Source of the DNA: Phoronis australis
Taxonomy: Eukaryota > Animalia > Phoronida
Assembly (NCBI GenBank): GCA_002633005.1
Contig: NMRA01000239.1
Coordinates: forward strand, 424,195-488,194
Direction of reading: 5' to 3'
DNA length: 64,000 nucleotides
The number at the start of each line of letters is the position of its first letter. Positions within the stretch are counted from its first letter, which is position 1. This document shows positions 1 through 11,559 of this stretch, piece by piece. Made by a program: the position numbers and the translations under genes. The notes beneath the pieces were generated by a model that saw nothing but the letters and a program-made list of their open reading frames with translations, was not told the DNA's origin and did not search any database.

Positions 1-495
1 TTTCTTTTAACGTCACTTAGATACCTCAAGTTGTAATTTCTGATAAAAGTGATAACTTTATTAATGTTTGTCTGGTTCCTGATTATCAAAGATTTAAAAA
101 AAAAATTGTTCACATGCTTTCAAATAAGTTTACCGTTTACAGGATACAATCTATAAATGAGTTAGATTTTTTATTTCAATTAATAAACATTTGATGAGAG
201 ATTGTTTACGTGAAGAGATGCCGTCCCCATTCTTCGACGAATACAGTCATAAAACCCATGTTGGAAAATATTATTTTTAAAGAACCCGGAAACTTGCTCG
301 GTGTTTTAGGTAACCAATCCGAATTTTTGTGACATGAAAGGCATTTCAAGACATTTTTCAAAACTCTTACATTTCAGTTTATTTTCAGAATTATTACAAG
401 TGAGAAATATGAACATTTCGGGAACATTTCGAAAAAAATTGAAATTGCGCGGAGTATAGGGGCTCCGGTCTTTCAATGCTATCGTGTAAACCTAC

Positions 496-827
496 CTTTG
501 TCGCCATATTATGTTTCTTTTGCGCTCGGTTGAAACTCGAATCGTTCCCGTTTCTCTTTCCAGACAAAAATTTACTCCTTTTGATTGTCCTGCGAATTAC
601 TCTTATATAGCAGAATGTAGTCACCGAAACTGGTATCACGAAAACACCACCAAACAAGCTAAGGACGTATGGCTTGCTGAGTTTGGTCCACTCCAGGCAG
701 CATGCTGTGCCAAACGGTTCGTTGCCATAGGAATGGGTGAGGAATAGGCCCGATGCCGCCCAGGAGCACGAATATAATATTATGGTCACCATGCAGACAA
801 CTTTGTGGTAGAATGCAATGTTTTTAT
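496..827 (-). CDS. Opsin (Opn5/neuropsin-like) internal exon: ICL2-TM4-ECL2-TM5-ICL3
   Basis: Acceptor tttttattttcAG (829-828), donor AAG|GTAGG (495-494). Encodes (Y)KNIAFYHKVVCMVTIILYSCSWAASGLFLTHSYGNEPFGTACCLEWTKLSKPYVLSLFGGVFVIPVSVTTFCYIRVIRRTIK...HNMATK: opsin ECL2 motif Y-x-x-E-P-F-G-T-x-C and TM5 P..CY. Phase 1 start, phase 0 end just before TM6. Confidence 0.9.
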
Positions 828-2449
828 CTGAAAATAAAAACACACGTCATTGTAAGTTAAACAGGCCCATAAGGGGAACAATTTTTGAAATAAAAAAGCG
901 CGCGAGAAAGCGCAGCTCACACAATACACGCTCACGCATACGTGTACGCGATGCCTTGGACGAATGTGACGTCACCAGTGTTGAAAGCATAACTTCATTC
1001 TTATATAAACAACAAACTGTTACGGACTGACAATTATTGTCGAACCAATATTCACGTTATTGGTCTTTTCTGCAAGTAGACCTTCAGCTGCAACTTGGTG
1101 TTCCTTTTTTTAAGTTGAAGATTGTTAACGTTGAACATAGGGCGACGTGTCTTTTTCTGATTATTTTTATGTCGCCATTAATTCCATAATGCCACTAAAT
1201 CCAAACGGCACATGACTGTCACTGCTACAGAGATTTCATCAAGTATATATTCAACAAACTTGTGTATACATTAACCTTTAGTGACAGCGAGAATAATTAG
1301 CGGGATCGTGTTAGCATTTTTGTAACATACGTTTTGTATCTACTACCATATACGTAGCTATATTACCAAGTAGAGTGATATACCCAAAGTCACATACATG
1401 TACCTCCCTATCGGTACCACTTCACTACCAGGCCATCAGCAGAGTCGCACCCTTCTCGCTGACTTTGCACTTCGGGGGCAAACCCTGAGGCATCCACCAG
1501 AAACTTGGGAAGGGAGACAGTGCGAAGCTAAAGGAAGCGGTCCAATCCCGGACAACTCAATCATCGATGTAAACAACATGAACTACTCTCGTGAAACCCC
1601 CCCCTCCCATACTTCACGCGACGTATTTATTATGCTTTGGCCAAAGCTATCTATCACTGGAAATGAACAAAAAATATCCGATTTTTGTGGCTGTAGCTAG
1701 TGACAATGTTTAAGGTAGTTTGTTAGGCTGTGGCTTCCTAGCTCTCATTTTAACTGGGAGACCTCCCTTAAAGCTAACTACATCACGTGAAGTATGTGTT
1801 GACGAAACTGACAGTCGGGTAACACAGGATTGAAAACTTAGTTCATTGACATCACCATTTCTGAGTTATTACTATGCAGGATACAATGTCAAAAAGCTAA
1901 GAAATTGAATGAAATGACGCCAAACTATGTGTTTATAATGAGGCAGCTACTGTGGATATAGTCCTCAGAGATGCACAGCGACTGCAGTTGAACAAATGTA
2001 CACGCATTGATAGGCAGCATTAGACAACCGAAAGTTTACTGGCTACAAAATACCACTACTTTTCTCGAAATATCAGGTATCCAGTTTTTTTAAGATTATG
2101 CCAAACTCTAGAAAAATGGCCAAATTTGGTTAAGTTCTAAACAGCGTCTTTCATAAATGGCTGATCAGATTTATTTGAGACTTTCAGATATTACGCTTTG
2201 TACACTGTTCCCCAAAACGCGGTTAGGAGTAATGTTCCACTTTTGTATGAGGATTTTGTGTTTCTATGAAAGAAATAAAAGTTGGTCGATAAAACAAAAA
2301 CGAAGCGACGATAATTTAAAGAAATGAAACAGTATTTTTGAGATTTAAATTAAACAGAAATTGATCACCGTATTGATACCATTGTTTAGATATGACAGAT
2401 AATGACTGTCAGAAATGTGACAATAAAATCAAACGTGGTGATTGCCGAT

Positions 2450-3350
2450 AACAGTGGACAGGCTTACTGTCTACAATTAGTGCGCCACCTGTCCGCCAAC
2501 TCTAGGCACTCCTCATGAATGGTGCTGTCTGTGGGCAATGAGTTCAAAGGTCTTCACAATAATGGAAACGAACAGGTGATGGATATGGCGAAAGGTACTG
2601 TGTCGCACTGCCCATCACGTTTCACACGAGTTTATTTCGGAAAAGATACCAAAGGTCAAACTACTCCGGCATTCACCCAGGGCCACAGGTCGGTGCTTAT
2701 AAAAATGACCAGTATGATTGTAGGGTTTATCGACTGAGAAATCGCTGATTGTATGGAACCGTAAGAGTAAAGAGTCTTGCTTGATGAACAATAATAACAA
2801 AATGAAAATGAAGGACTGAAATTAAGCATTATTTGATAGCTACAACTCTCGATCAAAACTCAGTCGAGCAGGCAGCTGAAATTTCTCAGTGCAAACTCTC
2901 GCGTCTAGTCTCGGGGTCGCAAGCTCTCATAACAGAATACATAGGTCACCTGCGGGAGTTGGCACTCCAGGGCTAACTAAGACGACTGTCAATATCTATA
3001 AATGGATAAAACTTTTAACGTAACACAATCCTCGGAAATCAAGATCCTCTTCATTTCCTGGCGGAGGGTAGAAGGCTGTAATGCAGACTTATGCACAGGC
3101 CGACATAACAACTCGGACAGTTCGTGCTAAGTGTCCATCGATGAAACTGTTTGTAAGTAACGTGCCGCATGTGTTGATCAAAGGGTCCGTCGTAACCATC
3201 CGGATACTGTCTTTTGTACTTCAGCCTTGCCCTCTCCAAACATCACGTATGATGCATACCGGTTTAAAACATCTATGCTCCACGATGAACTTTTTTCTTT
3301 CATTCCAGTTGTCACGCTTCACTTCTTCAAGCTTTGCCACAACTTCTTGG
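2450..3350 (+). mobile_element. Highly decayed transposase-like remnant (possibly Kolobok-type)
   Basis: Stop-ridden frame ...FGKDTKGQTTPAFTQGHRSVLIKMTSMIVGFID*EIADCME...GLKLSII loosely resembles the Kolobok catalytic region. Confidence 0.3.
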
Positions 3351-3910
3351 TAGCGTTCTCGTTCTGCAACATGCGGGGTCGTCTGGCAGCAGCCAGAGGT
3401 GCACCTGCAAGATGTGTCACAATGAAATTACATTACTTCAGCAAACATCAAAATTTTCAATCGCAAAATTCACCAATTTACGAATTGCGCCTCGGCAAGT
3501 GTTGTTTGAGGGGCTGCATACGCCTTCAGTTTTCAAGTGGTTGCTAAAGCTCCTCTTGAGCGGCACCCGTTTAGAACTGAACAAAAATCAAATCTGTTAC
3601 TAAAAACAAACTTTAGAGCACCATAAGCTATTTACTTTTCATACAAATTGATCATAAATAGTAAATATGTTTACTTTTCATATAAATGAATAGTGCTACA
3701 TCACAGGCAGTAGTAAATCATGTCTCGACAAATACAGGAATGGAATTCATTGATCGATTTTTTAACCTAACTCTTAGACAGAAGGCTGTTGCCCTAATTC
3801 AATGATGGAGGGAACAGTTTTGTCACTACTCGTGAGGCATGTACTCCCAACCTGAACCCTATCGTCAACCACGTGCCACTAATCAAACTAGACAATACCG
3901 ATAGGGCGAA

Positions 3911-3970
3911 CCCCCTTGGAAAGCACTGTTGCCATTGAAGGGGTTAGTTACATTTTAAACATTAAAAAAA
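3911..3970 (+). mobile_element. Short LINE 3'-end fragment
   Basis: cccttggaaagcactgttgccattgaagggg...cattttaaa resembles the 3' terminus of the LINE at 21557-21610 (ccctcttggaaagcagtgctatcactgaagagg...cattttaaa). Confidence 0.55.
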
Positions 3971-4030
3971 TACTCCATGTGCTAGATGAGCAATCGCCAA
4001 ACCAATGGAACGCCGTCTATGGAAACTTTA

Positions 4031-4219
4031 CCGGTCGGTTCCTGCTCAAGTCGACTTGTACCCAGGTCAAGTATCATTATTTTCATTTAATAAATAACGG
4101 GCAACATCGAGTCAATTTACATAAACATGACATTATTGTCTTGATTTCAGTCACTGCTTTGAAAAATAAAACTTTTTGGAACACGGGTACGAGTTGACTT
4201 GGGCAGGAGGTGACCTGTT
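4031..4219. mobile_element. Small MITE with ~33-bp imperfect TIRs
   Basis: ccggtcggttcctgctcaagtcgacttgtaccc is the approximate reverse complement of gggtacgagttgacttgggcaggaggtgacctg. Confidence 0.65.
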
Positions 4220-5325
4220 CCCTCTGGAATTACCCGCCCGAGTGTGGAAGTCTTAATAAAACCGCAGTACAATTAACCAGAGACCAAACATTTTTGGAGT
4301 GATTTTCTAATGTGCAAATAATAGTTCATACCCACAGATGTTTATCACTAAAGCGCTGGTGATTTAATCTCGGGTGAAACACGACTCAGGAGTGGATGAC
4401 GGCGCCTGTGACTGACCGGCAAGGGTATTGAATATTGAATTGAAAAATACTAAGTAAAATTTTGTAGGATACGTGTTAAGCAATATTCTTACCAGTCTCT
4501 AACGTCCTGCCGTGACTTCTGCATACCTTCTGCTTGGGCATGTCCTGTCGAAGAACCTTCTGGGGCTGCGACCGGAACAAGGGGAGAACGGCTAGACTAT
4601 AGAACAATTGTGACTAACAGTAATTGTTCCTATTGAATATATCGTGTCCTCCTCAACGAATAAATGGTCGGAACCATACAAAAATTTGCATGTGTACCCC
4701 TGTACTGTTCAAAGTATTCTTCACCAACACTGCTGTGTTTACTTGATGCCATATTTGTTCTTTGTGTTCCCCTACACTACGTCACAGATGTAAAACAAAA
4801 CATGGCGTCGTGTAATGCTACTAATGTTAAAAGTACAGGAACCACACTGTTGTTCAGAGTGGCTTGAGACATGAAAATTTCACTTTAAGCCTTATCCACT
4901 CATGAAAGCTTTCAACAGAAAATGTTAGTTAACAACGAACGATTTCCCTGATCTTAGTTTGCGGCTAACCAAGGCAACCGAGCTTTAATTAATCACGGTT
5001 TACTAAGACAGCAATTGCCAGGTGGTGACGACTCTTGCTGAAACTGAACAAAAACCACAATTTCCAGCGGCGCAAATCAGCAGATGGACTAACGATCCAG
5101 CGGTTAGGCACAGCTGTGAGTGCATTGTACGGCGGCTTGTTCATGGCGTCATACTTCCTGTTTGAAGAGTGAACTACCTTTTCTGATTTCGTTCTCATGA
5201 AGGCGCTGCGCCGTCAGATACAGTCCTCAGTTCGCGTTAGCGACCGTGAACAGTAACAACACGGAATCAAATCGATTCTATCTCGAATTGTTCCGGTAAA
5301 AAGTAATTCCCTTGGCATTGCAACA

Positions 5326-5473
5326 GAGTAGAGTTCAGTAACGCTAAGACGTCGCTAAAAAGCAAGACTTCGCGAGGTAACGAGATATTCCTGTGTTTTA
5401 AATGAGATCACGTGATCTTGGCTAAATTTTAGCGAGGTTCTAGCGTAAGTCCTAGCTTTACTGAAACTTACCC
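5326..5473. mobile_element. Palindromic MITE family A (TIR GGGTAGAGTTCAGT), copy 1
   Basis: gtagagttcagtaacgctaag...cgctaaaaagcaagacttcgcgag...tactgaaacttaccc; related copies at ~17995, 21940, 31981 and 49062. Confidence 0.8.
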
Positions 5474-8449
5474 TTTTTAATCGAGGTACAGGAAGTTCAC
5501 TCACTATTAACTATCATTGTGTGATGAGTTCAATAGGCCCTGGGTGGAGAAAACACACGAGTGGTCAATGCCTACATACAGCACACCGACCAGGATTGTC
5601 CATTGTTTATTACGACTGCCTATATTGTTTTTGAATTTTTTTACGAATTTTGCAAAAATGAACTAATATGAGATATCGTGGGAATTCACGCCGTTACTGG
5701 TGATGTTGTCTCGGTTACCTTCCCGGTATAGACCCACATGCATCACGATTCAGTTTATTGTTACTAGAAAAATTAACGCCACTAATTGGCTGGATTAATT
5801 ACATTCCATTATTTAAAGCGGACAATCAATTTCGTGATTTTCAGAAATCATTAGATGAAGTATATCATACATTATACTGAATAAAAATATACATATTAAA
5901 ATTGTATATTTCGTAGTCCATACTATCTGTTGGAAAGAAATTACTTTTAGTGTACTTGAATAGTGGCTGAATATTTGATTTTATATTTGAGTATTGGCAC
6001 AGTTATTTTTAAATTTTTCTGTTAATTTCAAATTCTGTAAAATAGGAAAATTTGTAGTAGCAGTCTAATGACTCTTTAAATCAGTAAAAAAACTGGGGGA
6101 AATATTGTAATTTCATAGCCACATCTGGAGTAGTTGTGAAATACGTGCGCTGAGGTCTGTCACTGACTAAAGACTTAAACAGAAATTTGGTCTTTCGCTT
6201 ACACAACCACTTGTGAATAATAATTAAATCCCATTCGAGCAGAAGCGCAAAGTCTCTGAGAATATACAAGTAGATACTGAGATAATTTCTACAAATTATT
6301 GATAGACCGTGATACTTGGCTGAATCTTTATTGAGCAATTTGTGAGGTGGGAGGGTAAAACCACATTTCTGTTTCAAGTCTAAGCCACATTCGTGGAACG
6401 GATGGTCCAGTTTCAGTTAAACACTTTGCAAATTAATACAGTTGTCGCGACCTTCAGCGACTTTACAGTAATTATAGTGACTTGAAACGGATAAATTTAG
6501 CACAAAATTCTCAAGAATTTTGTAACTTTCTCAATATAATGTCATATATCAGTCAAGCGATGTGAACTAGTTTTGCTAATATATAACCAACATTTGTTGA
6601 CAACGTCTTTGTTTTGATGAAAAAGGCTGCCAAGCACGACCACCTAATGTGTAGAGGGCTATGGTTGACACGGTAAACAGGACTTGAATGTCGTCCACAC
6701 ACAGACTTACATTAGAACAAGTCACTCCTGGAACGAATTATCCGAGGTTTGAGTGCTGTGTAGACGCTATTTAAACCAGTGCAGCTTGCCCCACTGGTGA
6801 CAACTTATTCCACCTTATCGATCGAGATAGGTAACTTACGCCACTTCTAATTCCTGTGTGGAAGCAAACCTTGTGGAAGTAATTATCAGCTGCGCTTACA
6901 CACAGACGGTTTTTCTCTTGCGCAGTGTATTCACATTAGCTTTTCATAGCCACACAAAGAACGACAACTTCCGTCTTACCCCTAGTTATCGTATATGTTG
7001 TGGACGCTTTACTAAAAGTGGATGTTCTAGGTTAGGCTGTGTGTGGACATCTCAAAAACTGGCGATATGAATCACGTAAAACACCTCTCTTGGTTATTAT
7101 AATATTTAAGGTTATGCAGGACCTAATCCTCAAGTTTGTGTATTTTGGCCACAATCTACAGAACTGTAGATGTTAACCCTGTAAAAATATATATTTTGTG
7201 AAAGTAAAGTGCTTGTAGAAGTTGATTACTGACTTCCAATCTGCCATTAAATGGGTCACATACATGTAATATGCACGTGTTTGTAATATACTTAAGCTAA
7301 AAAGTTTGAGATAGCTTGACATATATGTTGAAGTCGAAACCTCAAACACGCTGTTACAAGTTTTCACGAATATCATTTAGATGCAGATTTTGAGTTTTTT
7401 TCTTAAAAATCACAAAAGCACCATCATGCAAAAGTGGAACATCTCAAAATTGCTTTGCAAGTATTTTATAGAACTGCACATAAAGCATGGCATCTAAGTT
7501 TCACTTTAAATTTGAGCAACCATTTCAACGATATTCTCCGAAGTTTGGAATTTTTCTAAGACCCTACATGATCGTTTAACCAGTGACGTCATGCCAAATA
7601 GGACAGGGAACAGCATGATTTTTACTGCGTACCCGCAACCAATTACGTCATTTTAATTAAAGTACTTTAAGTCACCAATTTTATCAAAAACCTTGAAAAA
7701 CAACCCCGCCAGTCGATCAGCTAACACACTAGTATCCCCGCAGACGATAGCTGATGGTATGTAAATTAGCTGATCCCGAGTTATTAGCATTCATAGTCGT
7801 TCTACATTACGTCATAAAGGAGAACAAATCAAAGCATTAGACATCCTCCATTATGTTTATAGAGAAAAGTTGGAAGAGTGCTGCGAGATTTCCCGTGATT
7901 TATAGTGAACTAAAGCATGATGAAGTGTTGCGTTTGTAGTGGTTGTGACAACTTCGTATTTAACCTAGCTCGTGGCTCTTTTCACTTCCAAGCGGGACAT
8001 CCGAGAAGGAATTTTATATAGTTGGGAGATTCGGAGCTACAACTAGTTTTATGTGTTTTATTTGGCGCTGAACAGTTGAGCTGAGGTCGCGGTTGCACTG
8101 GATAGTTAGGCTGAGGCCACGGCCAATTGGCACCCCCAAAATATCAAAATATAGGGGTAGGCGAGGGTGGAGGGGGGAGGGGGGGGGCGGAGTTGTTAGG
8201 TAGGTGTTGCATGTAGGCTCAGTGAATCTGATTTGTTTGTATTTGTGAACGTGCTGGTAATGAGAAAAGACCAATTGCTCGGCTGTAGCTGCACTCTTCT
8301 TCACTGAAGATGGCAGCCCCTTGTTGGATTTGTTGATTGCTGGGTAGCGATTAAGAATTGGCTGCGATTTCAGGTAGCCCTCGAATAAGCCAGAATTGGA
8401 AAAAATTAGCTGGTTGGCAGTACTTCGGACCACATTTTTGGATTCTGTA

Positions 8450-9870
8450 GCTGGAATCTAATGCTGGCTTATGTTGTGTGGTGGTTTTGGGGTGGAAAGT
8501 GTCGATTTTACCCACTTTTCTTATCCTACCTTGTTTTCAGTAAGATTAAAAGGGACAAAAATACTAGACTGAATAAAGTTTGTGTGTCCATCTGTAGAGC
8601 TTTTGATGTGAAATGACTCAAAACATGTCATTCTTTACCAAAAAAATTTTCAATTAAAAATCGCTTTTCCTCTTTTCCTCTTTTCCTCGGTTTTTAGGCT
8701 ATTGAATTCACGGTTGCGGTGTACAATGCCATAAAGGAAAATTTAATGATGTTAACGATGTTGACACTTACAAAGTAGGGTGAATGGAGGTTTTAAGCAT
8801 TTAAATAGATCGAGATACTTATTCAATTCTTGCACGGAATTATATGAATAACTTGCAGAAACCGAGACGGAGCTAGCGTTGGTCGTGCGACACAGTCGGT
8901 TTCGTATCAGTTTCGGACTGATCAGTTCAACATTATTTCACCGACTTGAATCAAAACGAGGCCTGTTAGCCAAAGCACTAGGGACCATAGGTAACACATC
9001 AACCTTAAAAACGTTTCACAACAAAAATAGTTTTACAAACTGAACTTCCAAATGCGAGCTTAGCGTTCTTGAAGCAACATGTTCGCTGGGTTCAATTTTC
9101 ATGGTGTTGTTTGCAGCAGTTTGCCTGGCAGAAATGTTTGGGTTCGCACGGATGCTCGGAACTCGTTGCAAGGCAGGCATTTTCCTCACAAGAAAATATG
9201 ATGCAAGCGGGAACCATTTTGAACAACCGCACGCAGCATTTCCTGGGACGTGTTGTAAATGTGTTGACTAAGTTCCTCTGCAGCTGACAGTGCGAGTTGG
9301 TACGGTTTCCGAAGCATCCTTGGTAATCCAATAAAAAAATTTCAGCTCCGGGTTATCCATTATATTAAATAAGTTAGAAATGGGGTGGCTCGAAAAATAG
9401 GGATTCATCTCCTACCCACACGGACTATTCAAAACGGGGCGATCGGGGAAGGGCTTGGTGGCAATCCATCAGGCTAAAAAGCTTCACAAAAACGGCTCGC
9501 GATCGTACGAAATAGGAGTCTTTCTCCTCGTCACTTGGGTTCCTTAAAAGTCGCCGCAACCAGAGAGGGAAGCAGCAGGAAAATTGAAGCGACCACTGGA
9601 AATGAAAACTGAGGTCCCCTCGTCGCCACCGGAGCATCTTAAATGTTTTGTCGATGGGGGCAGTTCAAAGCTTAGGTGGAAGGTGGCAGGTGTAATAGGC
9701 CAGACTTCGGCTTGGGGGCCTCGAGGAGGCCTTAGTCCAGCACTGGAACCATGGCACAAAGCCGCAACTTGCAGCGTCAGCTACAGACAAACCTCGCGTT
9801 GAATTCAACTTGGCAATAAACAGACTGAGGTAATCTGCTGATCCTACCTGTTCATAACCAAGCAAACAGG
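8450..9870 (-). mobile_element. Decayed Cys/His-rich coding remnant, possibly KDZ/CxC-type transposase
   Basis: Broken minus frames with KHFCQANC...AFGSSVCKTIF and NSVQELNKYL; no intact ORF or splice structure. Confidence 0.25.
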
Positions 9871-10571
9871 CGCAAGAAATGTGTTAGTCACGGAGCATAA
9901 TGCGAGTTATTCTCGATTTTTTCACAACTGTCTACACTTTTGAGTGGATGAGGGTGTTCGAAATATCAAAGACTGACTGAGGAGTGCATGGGTAACATTA
10001 TGATTACGTGGGACGAATAGGCAGCAGGAACTTTGCGAATATAGCCAGTGTCGGTGACCACTGCATATGGTAGACGCAAGAATCTACTCGCGAAAAGGCA
10101 AGACCACGTAAGTCTTCGCGAGATATTGTTCATAGTAACGTCACAAGCTTTACTGGCGAGATTCTTGTGTCTACGGAACACAGCCAGGTTTTTGGCACAG
10201 CCATCTTGTCCGTAACTTGGTAGTTCGATCTTCACCCCGTGCTTTTTCTTTTTGCGTTTATTACTTCAAGTCATACGCAATAAATAGCGCAAGCAAATAC
10301 AACTACTCAAACAAAAGAAACAATTAGTTTTAAGCATTTAAATTGCATGATTTTAAAATATTCGACCACAGACTTGACACCAGTCGCTAATACAAATTCG
10401 TCTGCCAAACGTGATACTTTGGTGAAGGACCTTCTTCCTGACAGAGAATAAACTAATGTTGCCCGTGTAGAGCTCCAATCATTGTCATAAACAATGCTCA
10501 TTCAATGACTTTGCTATAATAGACCAAGCAGAAACAACAAAGAGGCTTAAAATTCGTGAGGCTCTACACAT

Positions 10572-10752
10572 CAATTGACCTATCGCCAGGATTTTGAGTG
10601 ACTTCTTAACTGACCATTTAGAACGCACCATTATTGACACACCTTCGTTTGCAAGCCGCCTTTTTACCCGACAAACGCCACGTTGCCGGGTAAAACTTAT
10701 TATTTAATAGTCGACATTACGCAAGGAGGTGGAGCTTGCGATAGGTCAATTG
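10572..10752. mobile_element. Small MITE with TIR CAATTGACCTATCGC
   Basis: caattgacctatcgc (10572) and gcgataggtcaattg (10738-10752) form a perfect 15-bp inverted repeat. Confidence 0.7.
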
Positions 10753-11559
10753 GTGCAAGACCAGTCTCAATAGGCAACTGGCACACCACAGGTTGCCATT
10801 GTTAGTATGGTCTATTTTTACTCCCCTGTAACTGACTGTGTCTGTGTTTCATTATTTCTTGTTGGGCCTAGCAAGGTGGTCACTGTTTTTTCTTCTGATG
10901 ATGGTTTCAATAAACGCCGAAACATGTCAAGCCGGTTTAAATCCATCGTCGTTTTTATTACCATATGCTTCTACTTGCTATCATGAAGAGAAAAAAATTA
11001 TCGCTTTTAAACGAAGAGTAAATAAAAATAATGTCATTTTTTAAATTGTTCAGCACGTGATGACATTGCTTTTCGTGACATATCACGATCCCACAATGCA
11101 TCACTTTGTTTGAAGTTATCAGATGATACGTCTTAATTGATTATTTTCCATTTTCCAATTATGGATCTTATGTTATGAACACGATATGTTAGTTGATTGC
11201 TTGGCTATAATTAATTCAAATTTAGTAGTCGTATTAACTGACCACAGTAATTGGTCTAGTGATATGCATGATTTGCTAGTGTAGACTCACTTTCAACCAA
11301 CAACAACCTCGAAACGGAATTCTATAATATGACCGATGAGGAGTTACCCTCTTATGTATTAGAGTCTACAAGTTAGACACTCTTAAACCATAACATGCTA
11401 TTGCTAGATATGCCAGGGTAACATTCACGGACCAAGATTCTGTAAATTTCGGGTGACAGCCTCTCTCCTCAAGCAAGACTCTCATACTTTTTCCCTGGTG
11501 TAACGGTTATGCATTTGTGCGCACGCCTTCAGGAATCGCTGAGTAATTCCTAAAAAGTA

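Noticed and set aside
4492-4596. Apparent extra minus-strand exon (ttctatAG...G|GTAAG) inside the opsin intron
   Set aside because: Spliced after the TM3 exon it gives TTC TAG, an immediate stop; the flanking exons already join in frame and the peptide is not GPCR-like.
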